Below, one piece after another: positions 61,434-64,000 of a stretch of DNA of 64,000 nt (position 1 is the first letter of the stretch; each line of letters starts with the position of its first letter). A model generated the notes under the pieces. That model was not told the origin of the DNA. It was given only the letters and a program-made list of their open reading frames with translations, and made no database searches. Location of the stretch: NCBI GenBank assembly GCA_039928615.1, contig JBDSSS010000044.1, positions 3,695 to 67,694 of the forward strand, read 5' to 3'. The translations under genes and the position numbers were made by a program. The DNA comes from Terracoccus sp. (GTDB lineage Bacteria; Actinomycetota; Actinomycetes; Actinomycetales; Dermatophilaceae).

Positions 61434-63326
61434 TCAGCCGAGGAGCTCGTCCACGTAGCACCAGCGCCACGCCTCACCCGGCTCGATCGAGCGCATGACC
61501 GGGTGCTGCGTCTCCTCGAAGTGCCGGTCGGCGTGCTTGCCCTCGGAGGAGTCGCAGCAGCCGACGTGCCCGCACTCGAGGCACATCCGCAGGTGCACCC
61601 AGCTCGTGCCGTCGCGCAGGCACTCCTCGCAGCCCTGGGGCGTGCGCGGACTGACGTGCAGCGACGCGGCCGCGAGGTGCTCGCACCCCGCGTCGGAGCC
61701 CTGGGGCGGCAGGCGCAGCTCGCCCTCCCGGCGCTCGTCCGCCTCGTCTATCCGCTCGAGCACCGTCTCCTCGAGGTCGAGGGCGCCGAGCAGGTCGCGG
61801 AGCACCTCGAAGTCGGCCTGCCCCGCGTCGCGCATCCGCAGCACCTCGTCGCGCTCGGCGGCGATCATCTTGCTGCGCACCCGACGGTACTGCTCGCTCG
61901 GGGTCTCGTCGGCGTCCTCGTCGCGGCGGCCGAGCCGCTCCCACATCGCGTTGACCCGGTCGCGCGACCGGCTCGTCAGCAGCTCGCGCGTGGAGTCGCC
62001 CACGTCGGGCTCGTGCTCGAGGACCTCGAGCCCCTTGGCGGCCGACGCCTGCAGGGCGCTCGCCGCCTGGAGCACGTCCTCGCGCGGGTCGGGGCCCTGG
62101 ACGCCGAGCAGCCGGGCGAGCGCCGGCAGCGTCGTCCCCTGGAGCAGCAGGCTGCCGATGGTGACGACGACGGCGATGAGCACGAGCACGTCGCGCTGCG
62201 GGGTGTCCTCCGGCAGCAGCAGCGCTGCCGCGAGCGTCACCACCCCGCGCATCCCAGCCCACGAGACGATCGCCGCGTAGGACCACGGCGCCTTCGGCTC
62301 GGCTCGCAGGATCCGCGTCGAGAGGAGGCTGTAGGGGAAGACCCAGGCCGGGCGCAGCAGCAGCACGAGCACGAACGTCCCGCCCGCCGCGGCGATGATC
62401 TGGCCGAGCGGCAGGTCGGAGGACCGGACGCTGTCGATGACGTAGAAGACCCGGAGGCCGATGAGCAGGAAGACGGTGTTCTCGAGGAGGAACTGGATCG
62501 AGGACCAGTTGATCCGCTCGCTGAGCCGCGAGGCACCCGGCTGGGTGCGCGGGGACCGGTGGCCGAGGATGAGCCCGCAGGCGACGACGCTGATGACGCC
62601 CGATGCGTGCAGCTCCTCCGCCGGCACGTAGGCCAGGAACGGCGCCATGATCGACAGGATGGTGTCGAAGGTCGCGTCGCGGCTCAGCTTGCGGCGCACC
62701 ACCTCGATGACCGCCGCGACGGCGAGGCCGATCGCGACGCCGCCGGCCGATGCCCAGGCGAAGTCGAGCAGGATCGAGCCGGCGTTGACGTCGCCGAGGT
62801 TGCCGCCGAGGCTGCTCGCCAGGCCCGCGGCCGCGAGCGCGGTGCGCAGGGAGACGAGGGCCGTGGCGTCGTTGACGAGCGACTCGCCCTCGAGGATCGA
62901 GACGATCCGGCGGGGCAGCCCGATCTGGCGCCCGATCGAGGTCGCGGCGACGGCGTCCGGCGGCCCCACGACGGCGCCGAGGGCGAAGGCGACGGCGAAC
63001 GGGATGGGCAGGATCCACCACAGGAAGAGCCCGACCCCGAGCGCGGTGAACAGGACGAGCCCGACCGAGAGGCTGACGATCGAGATCCGGTTGGCCCGGA
63101 AGTCGATGAGCGAGGTCTGGATGGCCGCGGCGTAGAGCAGCGGCGGCAGGAAGCCGAGCAGGATCAGCTCGGGGCTGACCGACACCTCGGGGACGAACGG
63201 CAGGTAGGAGCCGATGATCCCGAGGAGCATGAGCACGAGCGGCGCGGGGACCCGGATCCGGTCCGCGAGCCACGCTCCGGCGAGGACGGTCCCGGCGACG
63301 ACGAGCAGTCCGATGGCGATGTCCAC
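61434..63326 (-). CDS. CPA1-family Na+/H+ antiporter with a cytoplasmic helical domain and a C-terminal UBP-type zinc finger (zf-UBP)
   Basis: About 11-12 TM helices carry NhaP-type motifs (ESLVNDATALV, AGMRGVVTLAAAL). The last 83 aa, CEHL...GCEECL...WVHLRMCLECGHVGCCDSSEGKHADRHFEETQHPV...WRWCYVD, show the zf-UBP Cys/His pattern. The start is the GTG at 63326 or the ATG at 63365. Confidence 0.85.
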   Translation of the reverse strand: MDIAIGLLVVAGTVLAGAWLADRIRVPAPLVLMLLGIIGSYLPFVPEVSVSPELILLGFLPPLLYAAAIQTSLIDFRANRISIVSLSVGLVLFTALGVGLFLWWILPIPFAVAFALGAVVGPPDAVAATSIGRQIGLPRRIVSILEGESLVNDATALVSLRTALAAAGLASSLGGNLGDVNAGSILLDFAWASAGGVAIGLAVAAVIEVVRRKLSRDATFDTILSIMAPFLAYVPAEELHASGVISVVACGLILGHRSPRTQPGASRLSERINWSSIQFLLENTVFLLIGLRVFYVIDSVRSSDLPLGQIIAAAGGTFVLVLLLRPAWVFPYSLLSTRILRAEPKAPWSYAAIVSWAGMRGVVTLAAALLLPEDTPQRDVLVLIAVVVTIGSLLLQGTTLPALARLLGVQGPDPREDVLQAASALQASAAKGLEVLEHEPDVGDSTRELLTSRSRDRVNAMWERLGRRDEDADETPSEQYRRVRSKMIAAERDEVLRMRDAGQADFEVLRDLLGALDLEETVLERIDEADERREGELRLPPQGSDAGCEHLAAASLHVSPRTPQGCEECLRDGTSWVHLRMCLECGHVGCCDSSEGKHADRHFEETQHPVMRSIEPGEAWRWCYVDELLG

Positions 63327-63389
63327 GGCGCCATGATCCACCACCCGGGGGCACGGCGCGGCCACGCGCCATCCTGCGGCCGGCCGGCC

Positions 63390-64000
63390 TCAGGCGAAGA
63401 AGTCGCGGACCGCCCCGATGACCCGCGCCTGGTCGGCCTCGGTGAGCTCGGTCGCGCACGGCAGGGACGCCCCTCGTGCGAAGAGGTCGTCGCCGACGAG
63501 ACCGCCCGCGGCGTCCCCGACGACCTGCGCGTGGGCGAAGGGCGGCTGCGCGTGGAGCGGCCGCCACAGCGCCCGGGCGCCGACCCCGCGCGCGTTGAGG
63601 TGGTCGAGGAAGGCATCCCGCCCCCGCTCCGGCGCCACCATGACGGAGTAGAGCCAGTAGGTCGCGTCGAGCCCCTCGACCCGGGGCGGGAGCACGAGCG
63701 GCAGGTCGGCGAAGGCCTCGTCGTAGCGGGCCGCGATCCGGTGCTTGGCCTCGATGAAGGACGGCAGCCGCTCGAGCTGGGCGAGCCCGAGGCCGGCCGC
63801 GATGTTGGTGAGCCGGTAGTTGTAGCCGACCTCGTCGTGGAGGTAGCCGACGTCGGGCACCTTGGCCTGGGTCGTCAGGTGCCGGGCCCGGGCCGCGAGG
63901 TCGTCGTCGTCGGTGACGAGCATGCCGCCACCGCCGGTCGTCGCGATCTTGTTGCCGTTGAAGGAGTAGCAGCCGACGGCGCCGACGGTCCCCGTGTGCC
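63390..64000 (-). CDS. DegT/DnrJ/EryC1/StrS-family PLP-dependent sugar aminotransferase, C-terminal part; the gene continues beyond the window
   Basis: The frame is open to the window edge. The translation GTVGAVGCYSFNGNKIATTGGGGMLVTDDDDLAARARHLTTQAK...GYNYRLTNIAAGLGLAQLE includes the PLP Lys in the SFNGNK motif. Confidence 0.85.
   Translation of the reverse strand, partial: HTGTVGAVGCYSFNGNKIATTGGGGMLVTDDDDLAARARHLTTQAKVPDVGYLHDEVGYNYRLTNIAAGLGLAQLERLPSFIEAKHRIAARYDEAFADLPLVLPPRVEGLDATYWLYSVMVAPERGRDAFLDHLNARGVGARALWRPLHAQPPFAHAQVVGDAAGGLVGDDLFARGASLPCATELTEADQARVIGAVRDFFA

Noticed and set aside
61422-61437. The convergent stop codons of the LD-carboxypeptidase and the antiporter lie within a perfect 12-bp palindrome, TGAGCCGGCTCA.
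   Set aside because: The palindrome is short and could arise by chance from two facing TGA codons plus a GCCGGC spacer. It is too small to be a terminator. Noted only as a curiosity.

Overview
Very GC-rich (by eye about 70% or more) actinobacterial chromosomal segment. It is densely coding, with about 60 genes, many joined by ATGA/GTGA stop-start overlaps. I found no rRNA, tRNA, CRISPR array, integrase, transposase or prophage signature.

Gene content and order match the conserved Actinomycetota core block known from Mycobacterium tuberculosis Rv3219-Rv3262:
- whiB1 and pdtaS
- WS/DGAT
- an Rv3235-like gene next to secA
- hpf, comF, lpqB-mtrB-mtrA
- ahcY
- SIS / Trm112 / phosphomannomutase / DUF3499 / metallopeptidase
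- whiB2, then fbiA(cofD)-fbiB(cofE)

The window also carries the 3' end of sucA/kgd, a giant NAD-glutamate dehydrogenase, pruA, mycothione reductase, a CDF transporter, a Tad/Flp-type secretion operon, a SAM-IV riboswitch in front of metY, an LD-carboxypeptidase, a Na+/H+ antiporter and the 3' part of a DegT-type aminotransferase.

Most of the window is ordinary housekeeping. I do not see an unambiguous novel multi-gene system. The observations I rank highest are:
1. A histone-H1/HupB-like Lys-rich repeat tail fused in frame to the NAD-GDH.
2. A zf-UBP zinc-finger domain fused to the Na+/H+ antiporter.
3. A Tad operon that lacks TadZ, CpaB and a prepilin peptidase, while an orphan SAF + pseudo-receiver CpaE-like ATPase + HTH module sits about 31 kb away.
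4. A 110-bp convergent intergenic region made entirely of four copies of an 18-mer.
5. A strongly SD-driven 4-codon uORF overlapping the start of a large membrane protein.
6. A CofE/FbiB with a short C-terminal extension that is not nitroreductase-like.

All family assignments come from reading the translations and from recalled family motifs. No searches were run.
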